From Bilabrum cf. latius (taxonomy: Eukaryota): DNA of 64,000 nucleotides. The notes below the pieces were generated by a model. It worked only from the letters and a program-made list of their open reading frames with translations. It did no database searches and was not told the origin of the DNA. Below are positions 36,409 to 47,430 of this stretch, piece by piece. Both the position numbers and the translations under genes were made by a program. Positions within the stretch are counted from its first letter, which is position 1; each line of letters starts with the position of its first letter. The stretch covers positions 434,001-498,000 of the forward strand of contig OZ237769.1 of NCBI GenBank assembly GCA_965178125.1, in the 5' to 3' direction.

Positions 36409-39400
36409 TCATCCAAAGCGGCACCGCACTCTGCGCCCCGTGGCAGCATGGGAGTCCTCTGCGGCGTGCAAGGAAGCCCTCATCAACCCGTCCAGATCCA
36501 CAGTCTGTTGGCCACCGCCGATGTCTTGGTCCTCTTTCACTGGGGGCAGTTCCTCCACGACATCGCCCACGCTGACCCTGCCTCCCAGTGCTGCAACCCC
36601 CGCCCAGACGTCGTCGTCGTCCTCCTCCCCTACCATGGCAGCGGCAGGAGTATGCACCACAGTGCTCCTTCCATCCTGACCCCCGGCACCAAATGCACTG
36701 GTTCTGCCTCGCTTCCTGCCTAACGCGGGACTGAAAGCTGACATACAGCGCACTGTGCTGTCCAGAAGAGCGCGCTCATCAGTAGCGCCCGCGCCAGGAG
36801 CAGCCGGCATGGCACCACCCGTTGTAGCGGTTGCTCCCTCTTCCTCTGCCTCTTCCTCTTCCTCCCAAAAGGGGGACTGTCTCTACATGGTTCGGCTCGC
36901 AGCCTCCTAGCTCTCGAGGGCATGCAGGTTGCGCACGTTGACGGAGTCGTAGGCGTGGTTCGGGAGATCCGATTCCTGCCTTCGCGATTTAGGCAAGGGC
37001 TCGTTGATTTCCGCTGCCGGGCTGAGCCTGGCAGCTCCGTCCTCGCCCTGCCCCCCTGCGGCTCGGTTGGTTGTAGCCTACTCGATCGCCTAAAGCTCAG
37101 CCATGGCCCATGCAGCCTCCGTGTAACGGTATTCAGCCTTGTCGTTGGTCTATTCCTCCTGCGAACCCCCCTCATCATCCCTCACACGCCAATTGCCGAG
37201 CCTAGCGGCTGGCCTATGCTGGCTGGGTCCGCCAAGGCTGCCTTCTTGCAGGGCGCAATGCCCACTAGCGATAGCCTTTCTGACTCGGGCCGAGGACGAT
37301 GAGGACGGTGAGGAATGTGGTGCCAAGGCCTGCGAGAGCAGAGGCATGCCAACGGTGTCGCGGTGGTCGGCCAGCTGCTGGAGGGGGAGCACCACCTCCC
37401 CCAATCCAGGTTGGACGATGCCGCCTCCAGCGCCCCGCGTGCAGAATGCACTGCTAGAGGCCCCGCTGCGGCTGAGTCCCACAGCAGAGTCAACACCGGT
37501 GGGTATCGTGGCAGAGTCAACACCGGTGGACCTCATGGAGGACGAGGAGGATGAGGAGGACGAGGAGGACGACAGCACGACCCAGGGCGACGATGATGGA
37601 GACGAAGATGATGACGGCGGCCTTTGACACACTCGCTAGAATGGCGGCATCAAAGCGTGCAAGAACACCGACTTGCCAAGCCCGTTGGCCCCCACGATGG
37701 CAGAGCCAGGCCCGGTGGCCCCCATGACAGAGCCAGGCCCGGTGGCCCCCATGACAGAGCCAGGCCCGGTGGCCCCCATGACAAAGCCAGGCCCGGTGGC
37801 CCCCATGACAGAGCCAGGCCCGGTGGCCCCCATGACAGAGCCAGGCCCGGTGGCCCCCATGATGACAGAGCCAGGCCCGGTGGCCCCCATGATGACAGAG
37901 CCAGGCCCGGTGGCCCCCATGACAGAGCTAGGCCCGATGGCCCCCATGACAGAGCCAGGCCCGGTGGCCCCCATGGCAGAGCCAGGCCCGGTGGCCCCCA
38001 TGATGGCAGAGCCAGGCCCGGTGGCCCCCATGGCAGAGCCAGGCCCGGTGGCCCCCATGATGGCAGAGCCAGGCCCGGTGGCCCCCATGATGGCAGAGCC
38101 AGGCCCGGTGGCCCCCATGACAGAGCTAGGCCCGGTGGCCCCCATGATGACAGAGCCAGGCCCGGTGGCCCCCATGACAGAGCCAGGCCCGGTGGCCCCC
38201 ATGACAGAGCCAGGCCCGGTGGCCCCCATGACAGAGCCAGGCCCGGTGGCCCCCATGACAAAGCCAGGCCCGGTGGCCCCCATGACAGAGCCAGGCCCGG
38301 TGGCCCCCATGACAGAGCCAGGCCCGGTGGCCCCCATGACAGAGCCAGGCCCGGTGGCCCCCATGACAGAGCCAGGCCCGGTGGCCCCCATGACAAAGCC
38401 AGGCCCGGTGGCCCCCATGGCAGAGCCAGGCCCGGTGGCCCCCATGACAGAGCCAGGCCCGGTGGCCCCCATGACAGAGCCAGGCCCGGTGGCCCCCATG
38501 GCAGAGCCAGGCCCGGTGGCCCCCATGACAGAGCCAGGCCCGGTGCCCCCCATGACAGAGCCAGGCCCGGTGGCCCCCATGGCAGAGCCAGGCCCGGTGG
38601 CCCCCATGGCAGAGCCAGGCCCGGTGGCCCCCATGACAAAGCCAGGCCCGGTGGCCCCCATGACAGAGCCAGGCCCGGTGGCCCCCATGGCAGAGCCAGG
38701 CCCGGTGGCCCCCATGATGACAGAGCCAGGCCCGGTGGCCCCCATGACAGAGCTAGGCCCGATGGCCCCCATGACAGAGCCAGGCCCGGTGGCCCCCATG
38801 ACAGAGCCAGGCCCGGTGGCCCCCATGACAGAGCCAGGCCCGGTGGCCCCCATGACAGAGCCAGGCCCGGTGGTCCCCATGACAGAGCCAGGCCCGATGG
38901 CCCCCATGATGACAGAGCCAGGCCCGATGGCCCCCATGACAGAGCCAGGCCCGGTGGCCCCCATGACAGAGCTAGGCCCGATGGCCCCCACGATGGCAGA
39001 GCCAGGCCCGGTGGCCCCCATGACAGAGCCAGGCCCGGTGGCCCCCATGACAGAGCCAGGCCCGGTGGCCCCCATGGCAGAGCCAGGCCCGGTGGCCCCC
39101 ATGACAGAGCCAGGCCCGGTGGCCCCCATGACAGAGCCAGGCCCGGTGCCCCCCATGATGGCAGAGCCAGGCCCGGTGGCCCCCATGACAGAGCCAGGCC
39201 CGGTGCCCCCCATGATGGCAGAGCCAGGCCCGGTGGCCCCCATGACAGAGCTAGGCCCGGTGGCCCCCATGACAGAGCCAGGCCCGGTGGCCCCCATGAC
39301 AGAGCCAGGCCCGGTGGCCCCCATGACAGAGCCAGGCCCGGTGGCCCCCATGACAGAGCCAGGCCCGGTGGCCCCCATGACAGAGCCAGGCCCGGTGGCC

Positions 39401-40526
39401 CCCATGACAGAGCCAGGCCCGGTGGCCCCCATGACAGAGCCAGGCCCGGTGGCCCCCATGACAGAGCCAGGCCCGGTGGCCCCCATGACAGAGCCAGGCC
39501 CGGTGGCCCCCATGGCAGAGCCAGGCCCGGTGGCCCCCATGGCAGAGCCAGGCCCGGTGGCCCCCATGACAGAGCCAGGCCCGGTGGCCCCCATGACAAA
39601 GCCAGGCCCGGTGGCCCCCATGACAGAGCCAGGCCCGGTGGCCCCCATGACAGAGCCAGGCCCGGTGGCCCCCATGACAAAGCCAGGCCCGGTGGCCCCC
39701 ATGACAGAGCCAGGCCCGGTGGCCCCCATGACAGAGCCAGGCCCGGTGGCCCTCATGGCAGGTGCAGTAGCGGTAATTGAAGCAGCGGGAACCGAAGCAG
39801 AGCCAGTAGCAGCAGATGAGGATCCAGGTGCAGGTGAGTGTGGTGCAGCCAAAGAAGACCATGCAGATGGTGAAGTCGCTGAGGACTAGCGGCTCGCTCG
39901 CAATTGGATGGGGCGGTTGGCCAGCTCCTTAAAATACCTATAAAATGCTTGCTTGGTCTGGTCTCCCTTGTTGCGGTCGTTCCTGATTTGCTCCATCAGC
40001 GATGCTCGGGCCTATTCCGAGTTGGCGATTTCCAGCAGGAAGCCCGACAGGTGCGGTGGTAGCGAGGACAGAAGCTTGCCAGTCTAGACCATCTAACGAA
40101 GCTTCTCGGAAATTGTGTTTTGCCCCATCTGTAAGTTCAGTAATTTGTTGTCGTTTTTGTACTGCTCGGCCGCCTTCTTCTTCAGCGTGTGGAATAGTGA
40201 ACCTGTGTGTCGAGAAGCTGGCTTGTTGACTCTGGCAATATAGACAGACCGCGCTTGCTCTTGTCCAAAATTACCGTCAAGAACCATTTCATTGATAATC
40301 ACGGCTGACGTAATGCTTCGCAGGTATGTTACATCTTTGTATAAGGTCGCCCGCAACTTGTTAGTGGCAAGCCGCACGTACAGCTGCGTCGCGGCTCTCT
40401 GCTGCTCGGGTGCTGCCCTATACTGCAATGATTCGGACAATGCACTCGCAATACTACCAATCGAAACAAGTTAGATCTCAACCTGACCCTAGTTCAGCTG
40501 CTGTGAGTATTACTTGTCCTCACCAT
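36409..40526 (-). CDS. Hypothetical protein containing about 75 copies of a 9-aa repeat (MGATGPGSV); probable ATG micro-exon 40524-40526 and main exon 40422-36409
   Basis: ORFs 40093, 37636, 37150 and 36409 share one frame and are separated only by TAG. No TAA or TGA for 4 kb. Ends TGA. The ATG|GTGAGG..TTGCAG intron is inferred. Confidence 0.6.
37683..39757. repeat. 27-bp tandem minisatellite, unit ATGACAGAGCCAGGCCCGGTGGCCCCC, about 75 copies
   Basis: Directly visible. Variants are point changes and +3-nt (ATG) insertions only. Confidence 0.97.
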
Positions 40527-40812
40527 TTTGCTTTATGTTGGGGACACTAAGTTTTCACGTGGAACGCTCGACTTAGATAAAAATTACACCGTTTATATCC
40601 ACTGGTAGTATTCCTCGCTCCCACAAGTGCCAACTGCTGTTGATCTGATCTGCTAAACCGTGCATAAGTCCACGGGTGGGGCAACGTGGCGGAACCTATC
40701 GCGCACCAGACGAACCAAAGCGAGCCCCAATGAACCAGCCAAAAGGAAACTAGATCTACCTTGTAGATAGGAAGGAACGCCGACCTTCCCCGCCGAGTGA
40801 TCCCTTCAAATT

Positions 40813-43578
40813 TCAGTGGTAATCTTGGTGCAATACCACCACTCGATCTGCGCCGGAGGTGAAGAGCCACGGCTGCTGCGGGTGGAAGGCGCACCCCAGC
40901 ACACCCAGCCCCTCCTTGTCCTTCTGGTGCGACCGCAGGATCTTCACGGGCACCAGCACGGGAGGCTTGGCCCCGCCCTCCGTGACCCGGGCATGGTACA
41001 CGTGCGTGGACCCGTCATCGCTGCAGGTGGCCAGCAAGGGGTAGTGGCCGTGGAAGGAGCAGTCCCTCACGGCCTTCGTGTGGTACCGCAGGGTCTTGAA
41101 GGGGTCCCTCGAGGGAACAACGAGGTCCAGCCAGACCACCTTGCGGTCATACGCGGTCAGCAGGAGATGATCCCCAGTGGGATGCACCTCCATCGAGGCG
41201 ATCCACTTGCAGCCCGTGTGCATCCTCGCCAGCTGCTTCTCGTTCATCATGTCGTACACTCGTACCGCTCTCTGGTTGGCCACGAAGATCCGAGGTTTCC
41301 TGGGATGGAAGGCCACGCACTGCACGAGCCCCTGGTTCTTCTTCATGGGGTTGAGGCTCTTCCTCCGGCTCAGCTGGTGCACGAGGACCATGGCTGCGGT
41401 GGCGGGGGCCGAGGGCGCCACAGTGGCAAGGTAGTCACCGTTCCTGTGCCACACCACCCTCTGCTGCTTGTAGTGCATGACCACTTCCACCTTGATCCCA
41501 GCCGCGCTGTGGCTCACCTCCTCGGCGAAGTCCAGCTCACTCTGGAGGCCCCTCCACCTCCAACGGGCGAACTTGCGGCGAGCGGCAGGCACGTCCTTCC
41601 CCTCCTGCCCCTCGTCGTATTCCTCCCCTTCGCTGTCGGGTGCATCCCCCTCTGGCTGCAGCACCGTGTCAAACCCATCAGGGCCAGCGCCAGCCGCACC
41701 AGTACCAAAGGCCGGGTCGCCCGCGCGGCCGGTCGTCTTGCCCGCAGTTGCCGCCGCACTGTCCTCCTCCCCTTCCTCCTCTTCCCTGCCCGGCAGCCGA
41801 GGCAGCGCTCCCGTACCCGCCGCACCCTGCCCCAGCGCCGCCAACGCGCTCACCGGGCCAAGCAGGTCCCCGCCATCGCCAGCTCCACCGGCAGCGGCGG
41901 CAGCAGCAGCCCCAGCCCCCTGCCCCCTCTTATCCTGCCCCGCCCTCTCGGCCTCTGAGACCACCTCGAAGGGAACCACCTTGGAACGGAGACCCTCTTC
42001 CGCCCGCAGGCCAGCAAGCGCGCGGAAGGTGATGGGCAGCTGGGAGGGACCCGCCGTGCCGGGATACAGCAGGAACATGCGGGTGCCAGCCACAGCCGCG
42101 ATGATGTGCACGTCTGCTTTGGGGCACCACGACACGTCGCTGACGATGGGCTCGTCACACAGGGTCCAGCGCCTCATCTCCCTGCCCGTCTCCACCTCCC
42201 ACACGCGCACCGTGCCGTCGTCGCTGCAGGTGGCCAGCCACTCCCCCGAGGGACTCACGCTCATGCCCCTCACCCTGCCCTCGTGCCCGCTGTACTCGAT
42301 CGACCTGCCAGTGGGGAAGGGCCTCAGCTCCTTGGGGTCCGGCAGCTGCGGCAATAACGATTCCGGATTCTCGGGCAGCTGCCGCTGGTGCACCAGTCGC
42401 GGGGCCAGGTAGAGGTCGAGGCACCGCTCGAACCGCTCCTTGGCCAGCGACTCGTAGGCGGGCACGTGCCTCAGGGCCGCAAACTTGGCGGGCTCCACGT
42501 CAACGGGGCGCTCCTTGGGCTCCATGCTCTCCCATGCCTCCTTCTCCTCTGCCGTGAAGAGATATTCCTCCGGGGGGTTGTAGGAGAGGGCGTGTCCCGG
42601 GGGGGCGGGCTTGGGCGGGGCGATGGGGGGGGGCCGCTTGCTGCCTCCCACGGCCGTGTCCATGTCCTGGTCGATGGCCGTGCCGTCGTCACCCCATAGG
42701 GCGTACACTTGTTCCCTGACGTCGTCCTCCGCGTCGTTGCTCTTGCTAGACCGGAACTTGCCGGCCTTGATCAGCTGCGCCATGCGGTTGATGCGGCGGG
42801 TCATCCACTTGGACGGGAGGAACCTTCGCTTGGGTTCGGGGGCGCTGTCTAGGGGGTGGATCTCCTTGTCCTTGGAAAAAATGCCCGTCAGGTCTTCGTC
42901 GTGTTGGGCGGACGTGTGCCCGTACTTGCCGCGCACGATGTTCCGCAGCACCTCCACGTCGCCCTTGGAGAGCGTGATCTCCTCGTCGTTGTCGCTGTCG
43001 TAGATGGTCCACTTGAACAAGGGGTTGTCCTGGGACTCCAAGAAACGCTCCACACCGTCGGGCCGGTTCCGTCGCGCGATGCGGCGCCCGGCAACGTCGT
43101 ACCCCACGTGCCCCATGCCCTCGTACCATTCCTTGGGGACGTTTCCGCGAGTGTTCTTCGGAGCCTCGTCGTCCGATGACAGGTCATCGGCGTGCGCTTT
43201 CATCAAAGAGGCCGCTGCCGATATTTCGGCCGACCCGCCGCCAGTGGCAACCGCGGCATCTGCTCGCGAGGAGCTGCTCCGCTTGCTTCGAGGGGCGCTA
43301 GAAGACGAGGCGGAGAGAGATGCGGAGGCCAAGGAGCTCCTCGAAGCACTTGTCCTTGATACGGGTGTGTTATCATCGGAGGACCTGCTATCATCTTCAT
43401 CGCTGCTCCACTCTCCCTCGTCATCGGAGGATGTCAAAATCTCGCTCTCGTCGTCTGAGCTCCCATCATCCATGCCGGCGCCAGTTTCCAGGCCATGTCT
43501 CGGTATAGTATCATCATTATCGTCTTGCGATGCTCTTCGGCGTCTAGAGTTGGATTTGTTTCCTCTTCCTGACCGCAT
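40813..43578 (-). CDS. BOP1: Ribosome biogenesis protein BOP1/ERB1
   Basis: NTRGNVPKEWY...HVGYD, PEPKRRFLPSKW, PPGHALSYNPPEEYL, ERFERCLDLYLAPR, LPDPKELRPFP, WD40 repeats, FHPQQPWLFTSGAD. No TAG. Ends TGA. Confidence 0.96.
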   Translation of the reverse strand: MRSGRGNKSNSRRRRASQDDNDDTIPRHGLETGAGMDDGSSDDESEILTSSDDEGEWSSDEDDSRSSDDNTPVSRTSASRSSLASASLSASSSSAPRSKRSSSSRADAAVATGGGSAEISAAASLMKAHADDLSSDDEAPKNTRGNVPKEWYEGMGHVGYDVAGRRIARRNRPDGVERFLESQDNPLFKWTIYDSDNDEEITLSKGDVEVLRNIVRGKYGHTSAQHDEDLTGIFSKDKEIHPLDSAPEPKRRFLPSKWMTRRINRMAQLIKAGKFRSSKSNDAEDDVREQVYALWGDDGTAIDQDMDTAVGGSKRPPPIAPPKPAPPGHALSYNPPEEYLFTAEEKEAWESMEPKERPVDVEPAKFAALRHVPAYESLAKERFERCLDLYLAPRLVHQRQLPENPESLLPQLPDPKELRPFPTGRSIEYSGHEGRVRGMSVSPSGEWLATCSDDGTVRVWEVETGREMRRWTLCDEPIVSDVSWCPKADVHIIAAVAGTRMFLLYPGTAGPSQLPITFRALAGLRAEEGLRSKVVPFEVVSEAERAGQDKRGQGAGAAAAAAAGGAGDGGDLLGPVSALAALGQGAAGTGALPRLPGREEEEGEEDSAAATAGKTTGRAGDPAFGTGAAGAGPDGFDTVLQPEGDAPDSEGEEYDEGQEGKDVPAARRKFARWRWRGLQSELDFAEEVSHSAAGIKVEVVMHYKQQRVVWHRNGDYLATVAPSAPATAAMVLVHQLSRRKSLNPMKKNQGLVQCVAFHPRKPRIFVANQRAVRVYDMMNEKQLARMHTGCKWIASMEVHPTGDHLLLTAYDRKVVWLDLVVPSRDPFKTLRYHTKAVRDCSFHGHYPLLATCSDDGSTHVYHARVTEGGAKPPVLVPVKILRSHQKDKEGLGVLGCAFHPQQPWLFTSGADRVVVLHQDYH

Positions 43579-43862
43579 ATCGAATCGCTCCGCGGTACAG
43601 CAAGGCTTGCTCGATATCTCTTACGAAATTTTGCTACGGAACCAAACTGATGGACAGCTTTCGATATATGCAGGCGAAAATCTGCCACGTTGCAACAAAG
43701 TCGCTCCTATGAGATGCACAATTAGTGCTGTTGCAGTCCGTCGGGGCACTGTTCGGATTCCGGTTGTAACCTCGGCATTGTAATATTGTAACGTTAGAAA
43801 AACGATTATTTAAGAGAAATAGGGGCCCATCGCGAGAAGGTCAAACGTCGATTCTGATAGCT

Positions 43863-44612
43863 ATGGCGTCCGCAGACCAGATCAAGAAGCCTAAGATGGA
43901 CCGAAAGGAGTTTGAGCGCATTGCGCGCCATATTGCTGCCCAGATGGGTGATGAGAAGTTGGTTGACGACATCAACATGGATGGCCAGTACGCTCTGTAT
44001 GTCGCATCGTCCAACGGACTGATGCCCCGCCCCCTTGCCAACGACAAGCGATTCCCCAACACTAATTAGGCTGCTAACTGCTGGTAAGTCGCGGTGTACC
44101 TGCAATAGATACCGATGCTAGCCTACCTTCTGCTTTCCAGTCTGGCGATGCGGAGTGCTTCCGTTTCGCCGTTTTGGAGCGTATGCGTGGCCTGACTGTG
44201 ACCTTTTCGAAGCCATAAATACTATATTTGCTTCTGTTTGCATGGTCCATCTCTGGTGGCGCGAAGACTGAGCTGGCTCCCGACTTCAAGCGTTCGATCC
44301 GTTCTTGATGGTCTACTGTTGCCCTGCACCTGCATCGCTTCTACTCCCTCGCGCAGGACCGCCGTGAACGAGTACCAGTATTGCGTGAAGGTAACTGGCT
44401 CCCACTTCGATTCCAAGTGCGTGCAGCGAAAGGCGGATTTCATGGAGCTGTGCCCCGCCGAGTGGCTCGAGAACTGGCAGGACCAGATCGAGGACGGTAC
44501 CTTCATGGGAATTGGGGACACCCTTGGGCCCGGTGAGCTGGACGAGGAGGAGGAGGAGGAGGAAGCTGGCAGCGATGGGGAGGAGAGCGACAGCGAGGGG
44601 GATGACGAGTGA
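43863..44612 (+). CDS. COX6B: Cytochrome c oxidase subunit 6B; exons 43863-44083, 44357-44612
   Basis: DKRFPNTN[TAG]AANCW|TAVNEYQYC...C...LCPAEWLENWQDQIEDGTF matches the COX6B pattern RFPNxNQxxxCW...LCPxxWxxxWxxQxxxGTF. Ends TGA. Confidence 0.9.
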
Positions 44613-45071
44613 ATGAGGCGTCGTTTGGCGCTCAGCGCAGGTGGATGTGGACAGTGGGGGGCCCAGGCAGTGGAGTAGGGAGGGAAGGCACGAGTTGGCT
44701 GGACATAGGACTCGTCCGTCGCGGTGTCTATTTGAGGATGATTGGAAGAGATGGATATTCCGCCTGCCTGGGACAAGCGCAACTCCGCACAGCACGATTG
44801 CACAATTAACACACCGGGAAACATAAAAATCGTCCGCCTGCACATTTCAATCACAACTCTGGAAGCTCCCACTTGCCCTTGTGCACCGGAGTCCGAATGC
44901 CGGTCCACGACTGGAAGGCCTCCTCGCGCCCCTCGTACGGGCCCTCTGTGCCGCTGTTTTCGGGCTGGGTGTACGACCTGCGGCACGCGAGAATCGGGAC
45001 ACAACACAAATTGCCTGTAATGCTAGGTACAGTTACCGGGAAGACCGTCGCGATAAAGGTATATACAGCTC

Positions 45072-45547
45072 TTACAGGTAGTTGTGCTTGCTCCTGTAGA
45101 AGGATGCCAGCTTGTCGTAGTCGTCCAAGTTTGGCCTAACATCTCGCTTGTCCAACGAGTACACATACTGCGATACACGATGGGGGGAACGTATCGTAGC
45201 GTACGATCGCAGCCAGCCGCGGCAAACAGAGGGCTACCGTCCACCATCGCCTCACTGGTTTGTCATCCATGTCGTGGACACTGGATTTCCCGGTAGCTTG
45301 GCAATAGTAGTGATACCCGATAGGAATTGCAAGAGCAGCAACACTGAAAATACCACTGTAAATCAACGATGGCTCGGCATTTGCGCTTCGCTCATACCAG
45401 CTGCGAGACTAGGGAAAGGCTGCCGGGCATGCGAGTGCCTTGGAAAGGATGCTTGTCAAATCGCGTGAGGTCGCTGTATAATACGCACCCTACGGTTGAT
45501 CTAGCGCCAAATCTGCTTCCAATCCGCCGCACAAGTCGGTACGGCAT
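45072..45547 (-). CDS. Small single-TM protein, possibly complex I subunit NDUFA3/B9-like; exon structure uncertain
   Basis: FP[TAG]SRSWYERSANAEPSLIYSGIFSVAALAIPIGYHYY resembles the EPxLxxS-TM pattern. Possible last exon PNLDDYDKLASFYRSKHNYL-TAA. Confidence 0.3.
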
Positions 45548-45665
45548 CGTTTTGTTGCATCTCGCACGATTCTGGAAATCCAGATTCACTTCTGAAGTAC
45601 ACGCTATATAGCAAAATGAGGCGCTGGCCACAAACATGGGACTTCACGGCAAAAATCACACAAAA

Positions 45666-47286
45666 TCACAGAGTCTCTGCATTCAAGCCATCAATCATCG
45701 CCTCCAAATCATCCTCGTCGGCCTAGCCTCCCCCATTCGACTCCTCATCGCTCGATACCGCGGCCTCCTTCCGTCGCCGCTTGCCCAGCCTACCCTTGCC
45801 CTTGCCCTTGCTTGGTCGTTTCTTTGCGGGCCGACTCTAGGTATCATCTTCTTCCTCCTCCTCCTCATCGTTGTCCTCGTCACTATCTGCCCCCCTATCT
45901 TCTTCTTCGCTTGAAGCTCTCTTTCGTTTGGACCCAGGCCGCTGCTCCTCTTCTTCTTCTTCTTCTTCCAATTCTTCCTCGCTGCTCTCATCTTCATCCT
46001 CATCCTCATCCTCCCCAGCGAATGCCTCAGACCGCAGCCCCTGCAGCCCCTAGTTCTTTGCGTCCATCACGTCCACGTCATCGAAGAGCCCCGCCTCCTC
46101 GTCCTCGTCCTCGTCCATCCCCACCAGCTGAAGACCCCTGGACCTGGATCGCCGCGAGGAGGCTACCGCGTCGTGCCTCTTCCTCGCCCTCCTCTCCTCC
46201 GCCCTCTCTTGTTCCCTGAGCTCCTTCTCCCTCGCCTGCACGTCCCTTTCCTTCTGCTTGACGTTGGGTAGCCCGCTAGAGATGCGCACCTGGCCCCTGC
46301 CCTGCTCCGCCCGCAGTCGCGCCTCCAGCACGGCAGCCCGAGTGACCGCCCCGCTGGCCGCCCCGCCCATGAGCCTGGGCACGGCGAGGGAATCGACGGT
46401 GCCCAGAGTCTCCAGCACGATCTCCTCACGGGCCGCCTTGGAGGGGTCCTCCCGGGCCCCCGATGGGTCCTCCCCAGGGGGAACAAGACGGGCCCGGGAG
46501 GCCTTCATGATCTGTCTCAGGCCCTCGCTCGAGACCTTGCCTCTTTCGCTGACCGCGGTGCTCTTGTCCAGCGCAACCGCGGTCGTGGTGGGGATGATGG
46601 GGAGGGCGTAGTGCCGGGAGCCCACCTGGAGAGTGAAGGTCTTTCCATCGGACCACTCGATGATGCGGGCGTTGCTGATGCGGGCCATCCCTTGCGCGTC
46701 GGCGGTGCCTGGCAGCGCCCTGCTTCCGCTCGAGGAGGAGGACGAGGAGGTGGATGCGGCGGTGCTCGGTTCTACTCCCGCGCCGTCCTCTTTCCTGACG
46801 AATTTCCATCGCAAGTGGGTGAGCGCCCTCGCGTGGTCCCCGTCTTTGCCCCCGCGCTGCCGCTTGGCCTCGGCTTCGTCCTCAGCGGGATCGTACGTAT
46901 TCTCGTCGAACGGAGCTGTCACATAGCTAAGGGTTGCGGGCAGCGGGCACAGAGATAAGCGATCCTTGCCAGGCACAGTCCTATCTATGTCTGGCACTAA
47001 AGCAACCGTGGCTCGTCGGATCTGCTCTTGCCGTGTGGGCCCTCGAAGGCGCACCCCAGCATCAGCTTCATTCTCATCATCTTCAGCTGGCGCATCTGCC
47101 TCTGCATTTGCTGCAACATCTGCCCCATTCACTGCGAGATACTAAACACAATTAGGCCATTGACTGGGGACAATCTTAGCAACGATACCGTGCAAAGCTA
47201 AGGCCAAGGGCACGGTACAGCTTACGCGCTTGCAAATCGAGTGTGTCATCGCCTGTATCGTCAAAAAGGTCTCCAAGATCATCCAT
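45666..47286 (-). CDS. LEO1: Paf1 complex subunit LEO1; exons 47286-47226, 47131-45666
   Basis: MDDLGDLFDD start, PFDENTYD, LRWKF, ISNARIIEWSDGKTFTLQVG (Leo1 SNARIVxWSDG motif), and an acidic tail reached through three TAG. Ends TGA. Confidence 0.85.
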
Positions 47287-47430
47287 TGCTATGAGTTTAG
47301 CCAGATATGAACCTACAACCTCCGAATCGGGATAATATCGCTGCACTCTGGACGTCCAAAGATGGTTCCGCTCTTCAAGCGCGGCGCCACCCCTTGGTTG
47401 CCGTTGTTGGACGATCAGTTCTAGGCGATA

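Noticed and set aside
37683-39757. CRISPR array
   Set aside because: Head-to-tail repeats with no unique spacers, in a eukaryotic context.
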